Source: an uncultured Acidimicrobiia bacterium
GTDB taxonomy: Bacteria > Actinomycetota > Acidimicrobiia > IMCC26256 > JAENVU01
Reading direction: 5' to 3'
Length of the DNA: 64,000 nt
Assembly: GCA_963847815.1 (NCBI GenBank)
Contig: CAWKBF010000001.1
Span: 213,202 to 277,201, forward strand
In this document: one piece after another, positions 1 to 10,840 of the stretch
How positions within the stretch are numbered: position 1 is the stretch's first letter
Layout of the letters: each line of letters begins with the position of its first letter
Made by a program: the position numbers and the translations under genes
The notes under the pieces: model-generated
What the model was told of the DNA's origin: nothing
The model's input: only the letters and a program-made list of their open reading frames with translations
Database searches by the model: none

Positions 1-137
1 CGGAGAAGACGGGAACGTTCCGCGGGTTCTGCGCCGAGTTCTGCGGGCTCGACCACGCGCGCATGACGTTCATGGTCCGGGCGCTCGGCCCTACTGACTA
101 TCGGGCGTGGATCGCGCGCCATCGGAGCGCTCCATGA
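1..137 (+). CDS. ctaC: cytochrome c oxidase subunit II, C-terminal end (5' part outside window)
   Basis: Frame-3 translation [44 protein letters not shown] carries the CuA ligand motif C-x-E-x-C-G-x2-H-x2-M. Stop TGA 135-137 overlaps the ctaD ATG (ATGA). Confidence 0.85.
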   Translation, partial: EKTGTFRGFCAEFCGLDHARMTFMVRALGPTDYRAWIARHRSAP

Positions 138-1850
138 CGACGACGGTCGAACGCCCGGACGAAGGCGTCGCGCCGGAGCCCGAGCGCCACTCCGGGGCCA
201 CCGGGATCCTGCGCTGGGTCACCACCACCGACCACAAGCGGATCGGCCTGAGCTACATCTGGACCGCGATCGGGTTCTTCTGCGTCGGCGGGCTGCTCGC
301 CCTGGCGATCCGCACCCAGCTGGCCCAGCCCGACCAGAACCTCGTCGATCCGCAGACGTACAACGAGTTCTTCACGATGCACGGCAGCATCATGATCTAC
401 CTGTTCGCGGTGCCGTTCGCGTTCGGGCTCGCGAACTACATCGTCCCGCTCCAGATCGGCGCGCCGGACATGGCGTTCCCGAAGCTGAACGCGCTGGGTT
501 ACTGGATGTACCTGTTCGGCGGGCTGACGATGATCTCCGGGTTCCTCACCGCGTCCGGTGCTGCGAGCTTCGGGTGGTTCGCGTACGCGCCACTGTCCGG
601 CGCGGTGTACTCGCCCGGTGTCGGTCCGGACCTCTGGATCGTCGGCGTCATCGTCACCAGCACGGCGGGCGTGATGACCGCGGTCAACCTCGTCACGACG
701 ATCTTCATGCTGCGCGCGCCCGGCATGACGATGTTCCGGATGCCGATCTACGTCTGGAACATGCTCGTTACGAGCGTGCTCGTGCTCCTCGCGTTCCCGG
801 TGCTCACCGCGGCGCTGGTGATGCTGTTCGCCGACCGTCATCTCGGCACGCACGTCTACGACGCGACGAGCGACGGCACCCCGATCCTGTGGCAGCACAT
901 GTTCTGGTTCTTCGGTCACCCCGAGGTGTACATCATCGCCTTGCCGTTCTTCGGCGTGGTCACCGAGGTGTTCGCGGTGTTCTCGCGCCGACCGGTGTTC
1001 GGGTACAAGGGGCTCGTGTTCGCCACGCTCGCGATCGGTGGCTTGTCGTTCGGGGTGTGGGCGCACCACATGTACGCGACCGGCGCGGTGGAGCTGCCGT
1101 TCTTCACGATCATGAGCCTGCTCATCGCGGTGCCGACCGGCGTGAAGTTCTTCAACTGGATCGGCACGATGTGGGGTGGTCGCATCTCGTTCAAGACGCC
1201 GATGCTGTTCGCGATCGGGATGCTGCTCGTGTTCCTGCTCGGCGGGCTCAGCGGGGTGCTGCAGGCGCTCGCGCCCGTCGACTTCAGCCTCACCGACACC
1301 TACTTCACGGTCGCGCACATGCACTACGTGATCATGGGGCTCGTGATGGGGGCGTTCGCGGGCGTCTACTACTGGTTCCCGAAGATGACCGGAAAGATGC
1401 TCAGCGAGTTCTGGGGGAAGGTCCACTTCTACGCGTTCTTCGTCGGCATCAACGTCACCTTCTTCGTGCAGCACCAGCTCGGCCTGGACGGGATGCCGCG
1501 CCGCGTCGCCAGCTACACCGCAGAAGGAAGGATGGGGGACCCTCAACCTGATCTCGACGATCGGTTCCTACATCCTGGCGGTCGGGGTGCTGGCTTTCAT
1601 CTGGAACCTCTTCCGCTCCCTGCGCCACGGTGAGCCGGCGGGTGACGACCCGTGGGGTGGCCAGACCCTGGAGTGGGCGACCACCTCTCCACCGCCGGAG
1701 CACAACTTCGACTCGTTGCCGCCGATCCGCTCCGAGCGACCGCTCTGGGACCTCAACTATCCCGACGACCCGCGCCGAAGCACGTTGGTCGCCAGCGCGC
1801 GAAGAAGCCGCGCGCGCGCAGCGCTCGAGCAGGAGAAGACCCAGCCGTGA
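134..1850 (+). CDS. ctaD: cytochrome c oxidase subunit I (reading frame broken once)
   Basis: ORF 107..1633 is a multi-TM haem-copper oxidase subunit I ([25 protein letters not shown]). Start taken at ATG 134. After ...RRVASYTAE the conserved C-terminus ([28 protein letters not shown]...[18 protein letters not shown]) continues in the +1 frame (ORF 1587..1850), so there is an indel near 1525-1535. Confidence 0.9.
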
Positions 1851-2240
1851 TGAAGTCCGAGGCGGGCATCTTCATCGGGGCGACGGCGTTCTTCGTCGTG
1901 ATCGGGCTCGTCTACTGGTTCACGTCCTACGAGCATGCGGGCTCGGTGATGCTGGCCGCGAGCGCCTTGATGGGATTCGTCGCCGGGGGCTCGATCTGGT
2001 TGCTCTCGCGCCACGCCGACGTGCGGCCCGAGGACCGGGACGATGCGACGATCGCCGAAGGTGCGGGGCCGGTCGGAGTGTTCGCGACCAGCTCGATCTG
2101 GCCGTTCGCCGTCGGCCTCAGCGCCGCGGTGTTCGCCAGCGGCTTCGCGTTCGGTGTCTGGCTGGTGATGGTCGGCGGCGCCGGATTGGTCCTCTCGATC
2201 CTCGGCTACGTCGTTGGAAGCAAGGAACGAGACCCTCCGC
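1850..2240 (+). CDS. ctaF: cytochrome c oxidase subunit IV (actinobacterial CtaF type); 3' end uncertain
   Basis: [43 protein letters not shown]... is a small 4-TM protein starting at ATG 1850, which overlaps the ctaD stop (GTGATGA). The frame has no stop until 2623 and looks non-coding after about 2235, so the end is approximate. Confidence 0.6.
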
Positions 2241-3669
2241 AGCGAGCGCGACTCGAGCCTCTCGGGGCTGGTCTCGTGCTGGTGGTCGGACGCGTCGGCG
2301 TCGACGCCCGCGTCGATGTAGGCGCCGTCGGCGGTGCGCTCGAGGAGCGCGAGCTTCTCGTCGTTGGCGCCGTCGCGGGCACGCAGCTCCTTGCACAGCC
2401 GGTACGAGATGAACGCGGCGATCGCCGGGAACACGAACAGCAGCGCGCGGAACACGTACGTGACCTCGTTGACCGAGAGGTCGAAGTGCGCGGCGATCAC
2501 GTCGTTGCCGCCCGGCGAGGAAGAGCACGAAGTAGAAGGCGAGCACCGCGACGCCGATGGAGGTGCGGATCGGGCGGTCGCGCGGGCGGTCGAGGAGGTT
2601 GTGCTCGGCGTGGTCCTTGGTGAAGCGCTCCTCGATGTACGGCCAGAGGTAGAGGACCGTGAACGTGATGCCGGGGAGCAGCACGCCGGGGAAGAACGGG
2701 TTCGGGATCTCGAAGCCGCCGAGCCGCAGCTCCCACGGCGGCATGAGGCGCAGCGCGCCTTCGAGCCAGCCGATGTACCAGTCGGGTTGCGAGCCTGCGC
2801 TCACGGCCGCGGGTTGGAACGGGCCGTAGAGCCACACCGGGTTGATCTGCACCAGCCCACCGAACGCGGCGCAGACCGCGAAGACGAAGAAGAACAGGCC
2901 GAGCGTCTTCGCCGTGAACGTCGGCCAGAGCTTGGAGCCCGACGACGTTGCGTCTCGGATGCGGCCCTTGCCGGCGAACTGCGTGTGCTTCTGGCGCACG
3001 AGCATCACGAGGTGGAGGGTCAGGAGGCCGACGATCGCCGCGGGGACGATCAGCACATGGATGACGAACAGGCGCGGGATGATGTCGTCGCTCGGGAACT
3101 CGCCGCCGAACACGAGGAACGCAGCCCACGGCCCGAGCAGCGGGATCGAAAGCAGCACCGAGTAGGCGATGCGCAGGCCGGTTCCCGAGAGCAGGTCGTC
3201 CGGGAGGCTGTAGCCGGTGAACCCGTTCGCCGAGTGCGAGCAGGAACAGCGTGAGGCCGACCATCCAGTTGAGCTCGCGCGGCTTGCGGAACGCGCCGGT
3301 GAAGAAGATGCGCAGCATGTGCACGAGGATCGAGCCGATGAAGAGCAGCGCGGCCCAGTGGTGGATCTGGCGCATCACGAGCCCGGCGCGCACGTCGAAG
3401 CTCACGTGCAACGTGGACTCGTACGCAGCGGACATGCGCACGCCCTTCAGCGGCGCGTAGCTGCCGTGGTAGATCACCTGGCGCGAGTCGGGCACGTAGA
3501 AGAACGTGAGGTACACGCCGGTCAGGATCAGGATCGCCAGGCAGTACATCGCGATCTCACCGATCATGAACGACCAGTGGTCCGGGAAGACCTTGTTGAG
3601 CGCCGTGCGCGCGAAGCGAGCGACACCGAGTCGCTTGTCGAGCCCGCGGACTCCCTTCTCGACGATCAT
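2206..3669 (-). CDS. qcrB: cytochrome bc1 complex cytochrome b subunit (frame broken at least twice)
   Basis: Three frame segments join into one cytochrome b: MIVEKG...[33 protein letters not shown] (ORF 2497..4113), [18 protein letters not shown]...[16 protein letters not shown]...FYFVLFLAG (ORF 2118..3158) and [20 protein letters not shown]... (ORF 1757..2500). Breaks lie near 3225 and 2510 (a G-run). Start ATG 3669 overlaps the qcrA stop. The first reverse-strand stop triplet below 2497 is at 2206-2208. Confidence 0.85.
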
Positions 3670-4553
3670 CAGCGGTCGCGGTTCCAGAAGCCGGGCCCGA
3701 CAGGTTGGTCGAAGTCGCTCTGCGATCGCAGGTGGCCGGACGAGTCGATCATCAGCGGGAGCTGGGGGAGCGAGCGGGTCGCCGGCCCGAAGACGGGCGT
3801 CGCGCCGTTGCGCACCTCGAAGGTGGACTGGTGGCACGGGCACAGCAGCCGCTCGATCGACTGCTGATACAGGCCGACCGGGCAGCCTGCGTGCGTGCAG
3901 ACCTTCGAGAATGCCACGTAGCCCGCCGGGCCCCAGGTCTCCCGGCCGGGCCGGGTGGTCACGTCGGTCTTCTGCAAGCGGATCAACACCGTTTGGCTGT
4001 CGGCCGCCTCGAGGTGGCCCGCGGGGAACACCGTGATGACCCCGCCGACCTCGAGGTCGTCGACCTTCACCGGCTCGCCCTGCTCGTTCACGACACGTGA
4101 TCCTTTGCGCCACTTCGTCTTGAACAGCGAGTCGCCCGGGCGGGGTCCGAGCGATGCGATCGGGAAGAGCGCGGCGAGGCCGAGCGCGCCGGCCGCCGCT
4201 CCGAGCATGCGGGTGATGATCTTGCGGCGCTTGATGCCCTCCACGGACTCGGCGCCGCCGTCACCGTCGAGCTGGTTGACCGCGTCGAAGTCGCGGGCGA
4301 ACGCCTCGATGTCCTCGGGGCTCGACTCGAGCGGGTGGCGGTCCTCGGTGAACGGGCCTTGCGGGAGGAGCTTGCGGGCCGCGACGACGAACGCCCACCC
4401 GAGCCCGGCGAGCGCCAGCGCGAGGGCGATCCCTTCGAGCTGGCTCTGACCGCCGGTGAGGTAGACGACCGCGAGTCCGAGCGCGGCGAGCGTCGTGACG
4501 CCGAGGGCGACGACGATGCGGCGCGTGGCGCGCGACTCAGCGCTGGCGTTCAT
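3669..4553 (-). CDS. qcrA: cytochrome bc1 complex Rieske iron-sulfur subunit
   Basis: Intact 294-aa ORF with Rieske 2Fe-2S boxes CTHAGCP and CPCHQS and three N-terminal hydrophobic helices, as in actinobacterial QcrA. It lies between qcrC and qcrB with overlapping start/stop codons. Confidence 0.92.
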   Translation of the reverse strand: MNASAESRATRRIVVALGVTTLAALGLAVVYLTGGQSQLEGIALALALAGLGWAFVVAARKLLPQGPFTEDRHPLESSPEDIEAFARDFDAVNQLDGDGGAESVEGIKRRKIITRMLGAAAGALGLAALFPIASLGPRPGDSLFKTKWRKGSRVVNEQGEPVKVDDLEVGGVITVFPAGHLEAADSQTVLIRLQKTDVTTRPGRETWGPAGYVAFSKVCTHAGCPVGLYQQSIERLLCPCHQSTFEVRNGATPVFGPATRSLPQLPLMIDSSGHLRSQSDFDQPVGPGFWNRDR

Positions 4554-5341
4554 GGCTCTCCTCGATGCGGATGCAGACGAACAGGAGCAGTGGGATGCCG
4601 ATGAGCAGCGCGACCATGCCCTCGGTGATGGGACCGATGCGGCCGAGCGAGAACCCGCCCGGATCGTCGGGGTCCTGGAGGTACTTCACGTAGCGGGTGA
4701 TCGAGTTCACCTGGTGCTCCGAGAAGGTGTCCGTCCCGAAGACCGGCATCTGGCCCGGCCCGGTGCGGATCGCCTCCGCGATCTGGGTCGAGGTCGCTGC
4801 GTGCAACGACGGCGCGTCGCTGCCGTAGCTCAGCGCGCCGCCGACGCCGGCGGAGGAGTGGCAGGCCGCGCAGTTGAGCCGGAAGAGCGTGCCGCCCTCG
4901 CTGAGGCTGCCCGCGTCCGGGTGGACGTCCGGGATCGCGCGGGCCCGGCCCGAGGGATGCGACGTACGCGACGAGCGCCTTGATCTCCCGCGGGTCGAAC
5001 GCCGCGTGGCTTGCGCACCGGCTGGCCCTTCGGGTTCGCCAGGGGCATGCGACCGGTCGAGAGCTGGAAGTCCGCGGCGGCCGCGCCGACGCCGATGAGC
5101 GTCGGTCCCTGGTCCGTGCCCACGCCACCCACGCCGTGACAGCTCGCGCACGAGGCGTTGAAGAGCGCTCGGCCACGGGTGACCCGGGCGTCGGGCGGGT
5201 CGATGGCGATGACGGGCACCGCCGCGGCGTCGGTGACGTGCGCGGCGCGTGCCGTTGGGCGCCCGGCCGACGCGGTCGCGCCGCCCATCCAGGCGAAAGC
5301 CCCGCCGTGATGGCCAACCCGAGAACGATGAGCCGGCCCAT
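4537..5341 (-). CDS. qcrC: cytochrome bc1 complex di-haem cytochrome c subunit (frame broken about 3 times)
   Basis: Two haem c motifs (CASCH and CAACH) and a C-terminal TM anchor (MVALLIGIPLLLFVCI). Assembled from ORFs 4550..5341, 4830..5936 and 4537..5151. Frame switches lie near 5300 (CCCC run 5300-5303), 5008 and 4938. Confidence 0.85.
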
Positions 5342-5344
5342 CGG

Positions 5345-5920
5345 CTACCTGACGACGAAGATCATCAGGAACACGAGGATCCACACGATGTCGACGAAGT
5401 GCCAGTAGTAGGTGACCGACTCGACCGCGGGTCCGCGCCGTTCCAGCGTGCCGGGACCGGTGGTGAGCACGATGGCGACGACGATCAGCGCCAGCCCACC
5501 GAACACGTGCAACGCGTGGAAGCCGGTGAGCAGGTAGTACATCGATCCGAAGCCACTCGACCCGGCGGAGAAGTCGAGCACGTAGAACTCGCGGATCTGG
5601 TTGACGAGGAAGATCGTCCCCAGCGCGAGCGTGATGATGAGCCACCGCTGCATCAGGACGCGGTCGCCCCGCTCGCGCGCCACGGTCGCGAGGTGGATCG
5701 TGAAGCTCGACGCGATCAGGACGATCGTGGCGATCGTCGCGGCGAGCACCTCGAGGTGCACGGTGTCCGGCGGCCATACGTGTGCGTTCGACCGAAGGGT
5801 GATGTACGCGGCGAACAGTCCGCCGAAGAACATCAGCTCGGACGCGAGCCACACCACTGTGCCCACGCCGAGAAGCGAGGGTTGCTTGCGTGGGGCTCGA
5901 GATGTAACGCCGGGCGTCAC
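5345..5920 (-). CDS. ctaE: cytochrome c oxidase subunit III
   Basis: Intact 191-aa ORF, multi-TM, with subunit III signatures (YYLLTGFHALHVFGG, YYWHFVDIVW). It lies directly upstream of qcrC, as in the actinobacterial ctaE-qcrCAB operon. Confidence 0.92.
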   Translation of the reverse strand: MTPGVTSRAPRKQPSLLGVGTVVWLASELMFFGGLFAAYITLRSNAHVWPPDTVHLEVLAATIATIVLIASSFTIHLATVARERGDRVLMQRWLIITLALGTIFLVNQIREFYVLDFSAGSSGFGSMYYLLTGFHALHVFGGLALIVVAIVLTTGPGTLERRGPAVESVTYYWHFVDIVWILVFLMIFVVR

Positions 5921-5954
5921 GCGGCGATGATGTCACACCGCTACCCTCGGCCGC

Positions 5955-6868
5955 GTGAGCGTTGCCGCCATCGTCGGTGAATCCCTGGCGCCGGGGAAGC
6001 CGACGTGGTCGTCGCTGCTCGGCGATTGGTCGCTCGATCCGCTCTTCGTGCTCACCGTCGCTCGCGGCCGTGCTCTACTTCGGCGGCGTGCGCCGGTTGG
6101 CCGCTCGGGGCCGGGAGTGGCCGGTGGGTCGGTCCGTGTCCTTCGCGGCCGGGCTCGTGCATCGTGCTGATCGCGACCCAGTCGGGGCTCGCGGCCTACG
6201 ACCAGGTGCTCTTCAGCCTCCACGTCGTCCAGCACCTGATGCTCGGGATGCTGGCGCCGATCTTCCTGGTGCTCGGTGCACCAGTCACCCTGGCGCTGCA
6301 GGCGTGCCACCGCCCGGCGCAGGAGCGGTGGCTCGCCGCGCTCCGCAGCCGACCGGTCGGTGTCGTGACCCATCCGCTCGTCGTATGGGTCCTGTTCGGC
6401 GGCACCCTCGTCGTCCTCTACTTCACCGGTCTCTACGAGCTGTCGCTCCGGAACCAGTGGGTGCACGCCGGTGTGCACGCGCACTTCCTCGTCGTCGGCT
6501 GCCTGTTCATGGCGTACGTCGTCGGCGTCGATCCGATGCCCCGGTCACTCGGCTACGGCGCGCGGCTGCTGTTCGTCGCGATCGTTCTGCCGTTCCACGC
6601 GTTCCTCGGGGTCGCGCTCCTCGGGACGAACACCGTGCTCGCGAAGGACTGGTACGCGCAGGTCTCGCGGCCGTGGCTGTCGAGCCCGCTCGCGGACCAG
6701 CGGCTCGGCGCGGGGATCCTCTGGGGCTTCGGTGAGCTGTTCGGTCTCGTCGCGCTGGCGATCGTGCTCTACCAGTGGATGCGCCACGACGAGCGCGAAG
6801 CCGTCCGGATGGATCGCCGACTCGACGCAGAAGATGCCGCCGCGGCCGGCGCCACGCCGAGCCCTTGA
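5955..6868 (+). CDS. ctaG: cytochrome c oxidase assembly factor, Caa3_CtaG family (frame broken twice)
   Basis: The body in ORF 6005..6868 (LFSLHVVQHLMLGMLAPIFLVLGAP..., multi-TM, His-rich helices) matches the CtaG/Caa3 assembly family. The N-terminus WSLDPLFVLTVA (ORF 5955..) and AAVLYFGGVRRLAARGREWPVGRSVSFAAGLV (ORF 5962..) lie in other frames. Switches near 6063 and 6158. Confidence 0.7.
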
Positions 6869-6875
6869 GCTGTGC

Positions 6876-7329
6876 CTAGTCCTTGAGTCGGACGACCAGG
6901 ACCGGGCAGGGCGCGTTGTGCACGATGTGGCTGCTGACCGAGCCCATCAGCGCACGCTTGATCGCGCCGCGTCCGCGTGACCCGACGATCACGACGTCCG
7001 CCTCGAGCTCCTCCGCGAGCAGGCAGATCACATGGCCCGCGTCGCCGATCTCGACCCGCTGCTCGATCGGCGCGGTCGTCGAGATGGCTGCGACCGTCCG
7101 CTCGATGCGCGTCGCGCGACGCGGTGTCGCGCGCGTCCTGCTCGGCCTGGATCTCCTCGGGCCCGGCGATGCCGCCACCGAACCCGGACTCGAGCCCTGC
7201 GGTCTCCATGACCGAGCTCTCCGAGACGCACACGACGGTCACCACGTCCGGGGTCGCCAGCAATGCGAACCCGTTGCTCGCGGCGGTGATCGCATCGTCG
7301 GAGCCGTCCGTTCCGATCAGCACTCTCAT
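6876..7329 (-). CDS. universal stress protein family (frame broken once)
   Basis: MRVLIGTDGSDDAITAA... (ORF 6769..7350) joins to ...VICLLAEELEADVVIVGSRGRGAIKRALMGSVSSHIVHNAPCPVLVV (ORF 6876..7178), the USP ATP-binding G-x2-G-x9-G-S motif. Switch near 7120. Confidence 0.8.
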
Positions 7330-7375
7330 GGTCGGTCCTTCGTCGAGCAATCGGGTCGAGCAGTCGGGTCGGCGG

Positions 7376-9237
7376 TCAGTCAGCGTTCGGGTCGGGCTCG
7401 GCGGCGATGAGCCGGAGCGCCGCGTCGATCAGCGCGAGGTGGGTGAACGCCTGAGGAAAGTTACCGAGGTGCTGGCCGGTGGTGGTGTCGATCTCCTCTG
7501 CGTACAGCAGCAGGGGGCCGGCGAACGACAGCAGCTTGAGGAACAGCTTGCGGGCCCGCTCGACCTCGTCGATCAGCGCGAGCGCCGCGACCAGCCAGAA
7601 CGAGCAGATCGTGAAGGTGCCCTCTTCGCCCGAAAGCCCGTCGTCGGTGGTCTCGACCCGGTAGCGGAGGACGAGGTCGTCCTTGGTGAGCTCGTCGGCG
7701 ATCGCGAGGACTGTCGCCTTCACCCGCTCGTCGTCGGGAGGCAGGAAGCCCATGATCGGGAGGAGCAGCAGTGACGCATCGAGGTCGTCACGTGTCGTAG
7801 TGCTGGCGGAACACGCCGCGGTCCGACACGCCCTTGGCCAGCACCTCCGCCTTGATGTCGTCGGCGGCCTGCTGCCAGCGGTCGATGCACGCGCGTGTCG
7901 CCGCGCTGCTTCGCGATCTTCAGGCCCCGGTCGGCAGCGACCCAGCACATGACCTTCGACGCGACGAAGTGCTTCGGGTCGCCACGCATCTCCCAGATGC
8001 CCGCATCGGGCTCGGGGCAGCGCTCGATCGCGGTGTCGACGAGGCCGACGATGCCCTGCCAGACGGGGGTTGCGATCTGGCCGCCGTTGCGCTGGTGCTC
8101 GTGGATCGAGTCGAGCAGCATCCCCCACACGTCGTGCTGCTGCTGGTTGTACGCGCCGTTGCCGATGCGCACTGGCTGCGCGCCGTCGTAGCCCGACAGG
8201 TGGTCGAGCGTGCTCTCGGTCAGGTCGGTCTCGCCGCCGATGCCGTACATGATCTGCAGCTCGAGCTTGCCGCCCGACTGGGGCGCGCCGCCGACCGCGT
8301 CGAGGATGAACGCGAAGTACTCGAACGCCTCCCAGTCGAAGCCGAGCGCGTGCAGCGCGCGGAGCATGAACGCGGTGTCGCGGATCCACGTGTAGCGGTA
8401 GTCCCAGTTCCGTTCGCCGCCGGGCGTCTCCGGGAGCGACGTGGTGCCGGCCGCCATGATCGCCCCGGTCGGCGCGTAGCTCAGCGCCTTCAACGCGAGC
8501 GCGCTGCGCTCGATGTACGGACGGAACTCGTGGTCGGGGAAGTCGGCGAGGCTCATCCACTCGCGCCAGAAGTCCTCGGTCTGGTCCTGCTGGGTCATCG
8601 CGTCGTCGACGGTCGCGGGACCGTTGCCCGACCACGAGAGCGCGACGAACCCGGACTCGCCGTGCTCGAGGGTGGTCCGCCCGTAGGTGCGCGCGCCGAG
8701 GATGCCGATCGCGAGCGAGCTCTGCGAGCTCGAGCTCGAGCCCGCCGCCCTCGAGCCGCACGCGGTCGTAGCCCTCGCCGTCGTAGCTCCACGTGCCGAC
8801 GTCTGCGGCCGTAGTCGAACATCGGCATGCAGCTGACGATCATCTCGACCCGGCCGCCGAAGCACTTCGCGATGCGCAGCAGCGTGCCCTTCGCGGTCGG
8901 CGTCGCCGGGCACGAGCTTGTAGTCCTCGCGCCGCTGGGTGATGTCCGGCGGGCCCATCACCAACATGTCGTGGACGGTCAACCAGCCGGTCGGCGTGTG
9001 CCACGTCGTCTCGAGCACGTTGGTCCCGGGAACGTAGCGGCGGGAGTCCGGCACCATCGCGTGCGACGGGCCGAAGCGGAAGGAGCCGGCGGAGCGGTCG
9101 AGCAGCGCGCCGAAGATGCTCGGTGAGTCCGGCCGGGGGAGGCACAGCCACTCGACGCTGCCCTCGGGGGCGATGAGCGTGCTGATCTCGCAGTCCGAGA
9201 GGAACGCGTACCCGGCAATAGGAGGAAAGTTGCTCAT
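7376..9237 (-). CDS. glycoside hydrolase family 15 (glucoamylase/trehalase-like) (frame broken about 5 times)
   Basis: MSNFPPIAGYAFLSDCEISTLIAPEGSVEWLCLPR..., ...GERNWDYRYTWIRDTAFMLRAL..., ...ICSFWLVAALALID...LLYAEEID...GNFPQAFTHLALI are typical GH15 blocks. The pieces sit in ORFs 7720..10029, 8595..8843 and 7376..8761 plus an unlisted frame. Switches near 8890, 8800, 8720, 7885 and 7795. Confidence 0.8.
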
Positions 9238-9358
9238 TCCGTTCGAAGTCCCCTCACGATCGCGTCGACGGTCCGCCCGCCGTGCTGGGTGATCCTGGTA
9301 CAAACCCTTCGACTGCACATCATGCCGTCTGGATGATTCGACGAGGAGAGCGACGAAC

Positions 9359-10126
9359 ATGAGCCTCACGGGCAAGGTGGCCATCGTCACCGGCGGAAAC
9401 ACCGGCATCGGCAAGGCGATCGTGTTGGCGCTGGCCGCGCAGAATGCCGAGATCGTGATCGATTTCATCTTCGATCCCGACGCGACGGAGGCACTCGAGG
9501 CGGAGATCGTCGGGCTCGGGTCCAAGGCGATCGGAGTCGAAGCGGACGTGAGCAAGGTCGCCGACCTGCAACGTCTCGTCGACACCACCGTGAAGGAGTT
9601 CGGCCGGCTCGACATCATGGTGAACAACGCCGGCGTCGAGACCCGCACGTCGGTCCTCGACACCACCGAGGAGCAATACGAGAAGGTCCTCGAGATCAAC
9701 CTGAAGAGCGCGTTCTTCGGCACGCAGATCGCGGCGAAGCAGATGATCGCCCAGGGCGGGGGCGGCCGGATCATCAACATCACCTCCGTGCACGAAGACT
9801 GGCCGATGCCCGGCAACACCGCGTACTGCCTCTCGAAGGGCGGCATGCGGATGTTGACGCGCACCGCGGGTGTCGAGCTCGGTCCGCACGGCATCTCGGT
9901 GGTCGGTGTCGGTCCGGGCGCCGTGGAGACGCCGATCAACACCGCGACGATGGCGGACCCGAAGCTGATGAAGGTGCTCGACGCCGCGATCCCGCTCGGT
10001 CGCATGGCCAAGCCCGAGGAGATCGGCAACGTCGTCGCGTTCCTCGCCAGCGACGCCGCGAGCTACCTCACGGCGACCACCGTCTTCGCCGACGGCGGCA
10101 TCATGCAGTCGAGCCCTGGCCTCTAG
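9359..10126 (+). CDS. short-chain dehydrogenase/reductase (glucose 1-dehydrogenase-like)
   Basis: Intact 255-aa ORF with Rossmann TGGNTGIG, NNAG, and the catalytic S...YCLSK (Y-x3-K) triad. Confidence 0.9.
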   Translation: MSLTGKVAIVTGGNTGIGKAIVLALAAQNAEIVIDFIFDPDATEALEAEIVGLGSKAIGVEADVSKVADLQRLVDTTVKEFGRLDIMVNNAGVETRTSVLDTTEEQYEKVLEINLKSAFFGTQIAAKQMIAQGGGGRIINITSVHEDWPMPGNTAYCLSKGGMRMLTRTAGVELGPHGISVVGVGPGAVETPINTATMADPKLMKVLDAAIPLGRMAKPEEIGNVVAFLASDAASYLTATTVFADGGIMQSSPGL

Positions 10127-10187
10127 ACACTCTTCTCGGCACGCTGAAGCCCGTCAGAGGGGCCTCAGCGTGCCGAGAACGGGTGTC
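10126..10187. terminator. long palindromic hairpin directly after the SDR stop (member of a recurring palindromic element)
   Basis: Perfect 15-bp arms TTCTCGGCACGCTGA (10133-10147) and TCAGCGTGCCGAGAA (10165-10179), extended by GACAC/GTGTC. The right flank carries CCGAGAACGGGTG, shared with the hairpins at 13494 and 28202. No T-tract. Confidence 0.5.
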
Positions 10188-10240
10188 GGAGCTCCACGCG
10201 CATTGGCCGGGCCGGGCCTCGAGTCGCTACGTTCCCACCC

Positions 10241-10837
10241 ATGATCGTGGTGGTTGCAGCACTCAAGGGTGGGGTCGGCAAGACGACGAGCTCCGTGTAC
10301 CTGTCGGCGATCGCGGCGTCGAACCGTCGTGAGGCGACGCTGGTGGATGCCGACCCGCAGGGGAGCTCAGCGGACTGGGTCGAGAACGCGGCGGACGAGG
10401 TGTTCGAGCGGATCTCGCTCGTGGAAGCCCCGACCGAGCGGATGCTCTCGAAGGCGCTCAGCCGCGTCGATGGCGAGGACAACGCGGTGGTGGACACGCC
10501 GCCCGGCAACGAGCGGCTGCTGGCCAAGGCGATCGAGGTTGCCGACGCAGTGATCATCCCGACGCGCATCGGTGGCGTCGAGACGTTGCGGGTCGAAGCG
10601 GTCTTGGACCTCGTCCCGCGGAAGCTGCCGGTCGGCCTGGTGATCTGCTCGGCCCGCACCTACACACGCGACTACCAGGACGCGGTGGCCGCGTGGCACG
10701 AAGCGAACGTCGAGGTGTGGGGAAGTGTCCCCGAGCGCGTCTCGATCGCGCAGGGCCCCGAGGGCTGGCTGTCCGAGGACGGTCTCGAGTCGTACCGCGC
10801 GGTCTGGCGCAAGGCGCAGCGCGCGGTCCGGGGCTGA
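10241..10837 (+). CDS. ParA/MinD-like P-loop ATPase (CbiA/AAA_31 type), orphan
   Basis: Intact 198-aa ORF with deviant Walker A KGGVGKTT at the N-terminus and DTPPG (Walker B-like). No ParB-like gene follows; the next gene is convergent. Confidence 0.85.
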   Translation: MIVVVAALKGGVGKTTSSVYLSAIAASNRREATLVDADPQGSSADWVENAADEVFERISLVEAPTERMLSKALSRVDGEDNAVVDTPPGNERLLAKAIEVADAVIIPTRIGGVETLRVEAVLDLVPRKLPVGLVICSARTYTRDYQDAVAAWHEANVEVWGSVPERVSIAQGPEGWLSEDGLESYRAVWRKAQRAVRG

Positions 10838-10840
10838 CCG

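Noticed and set aside
98-1546. 482-aa ORF antisense to ctaD. Similar long antisense or off-frame ORFs occur elsewhere, for example 10725..12815 (+), 19509..21155 (-), 59313..61241 (-) and 47768..49291 (-).
   Set aside because: The translations are Arg/His/Pro/Gly-rich low-complexity strings with no family resemblance. Each lies opposite, or out of frame with, a clearly conserved gene. Long spurious ORFs are expected in very GC-rich DNA because stop codons are AT-rich.
9319-9337. Inverted repeat ATCAT-N9-ATGAT in the divergent GH15/SDR promoter region, considered as an operator.
   Set aside because: The arms are only 5 bp. This is expected by chance, and there is no second copy or adjacent regulator gene.
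7720-10029. 769-aa ORF suggesting a much longer GH15 protein.
   Set aside because: The part upstream of ATG 9237 is antisense to the intact SDR gene and is compositionally non-protein-like. The conserved GH15 N-terminus begins at MSNFPPIAGY.
10241-10837. ParA gene as a marker of an integrated plasmid or ICE.
   Set aside because: There is no ParB, replication, relaxase, conjugation or integrase gene, and no flanking direct repeats. The neighbours are ordinary chromosomal genes.
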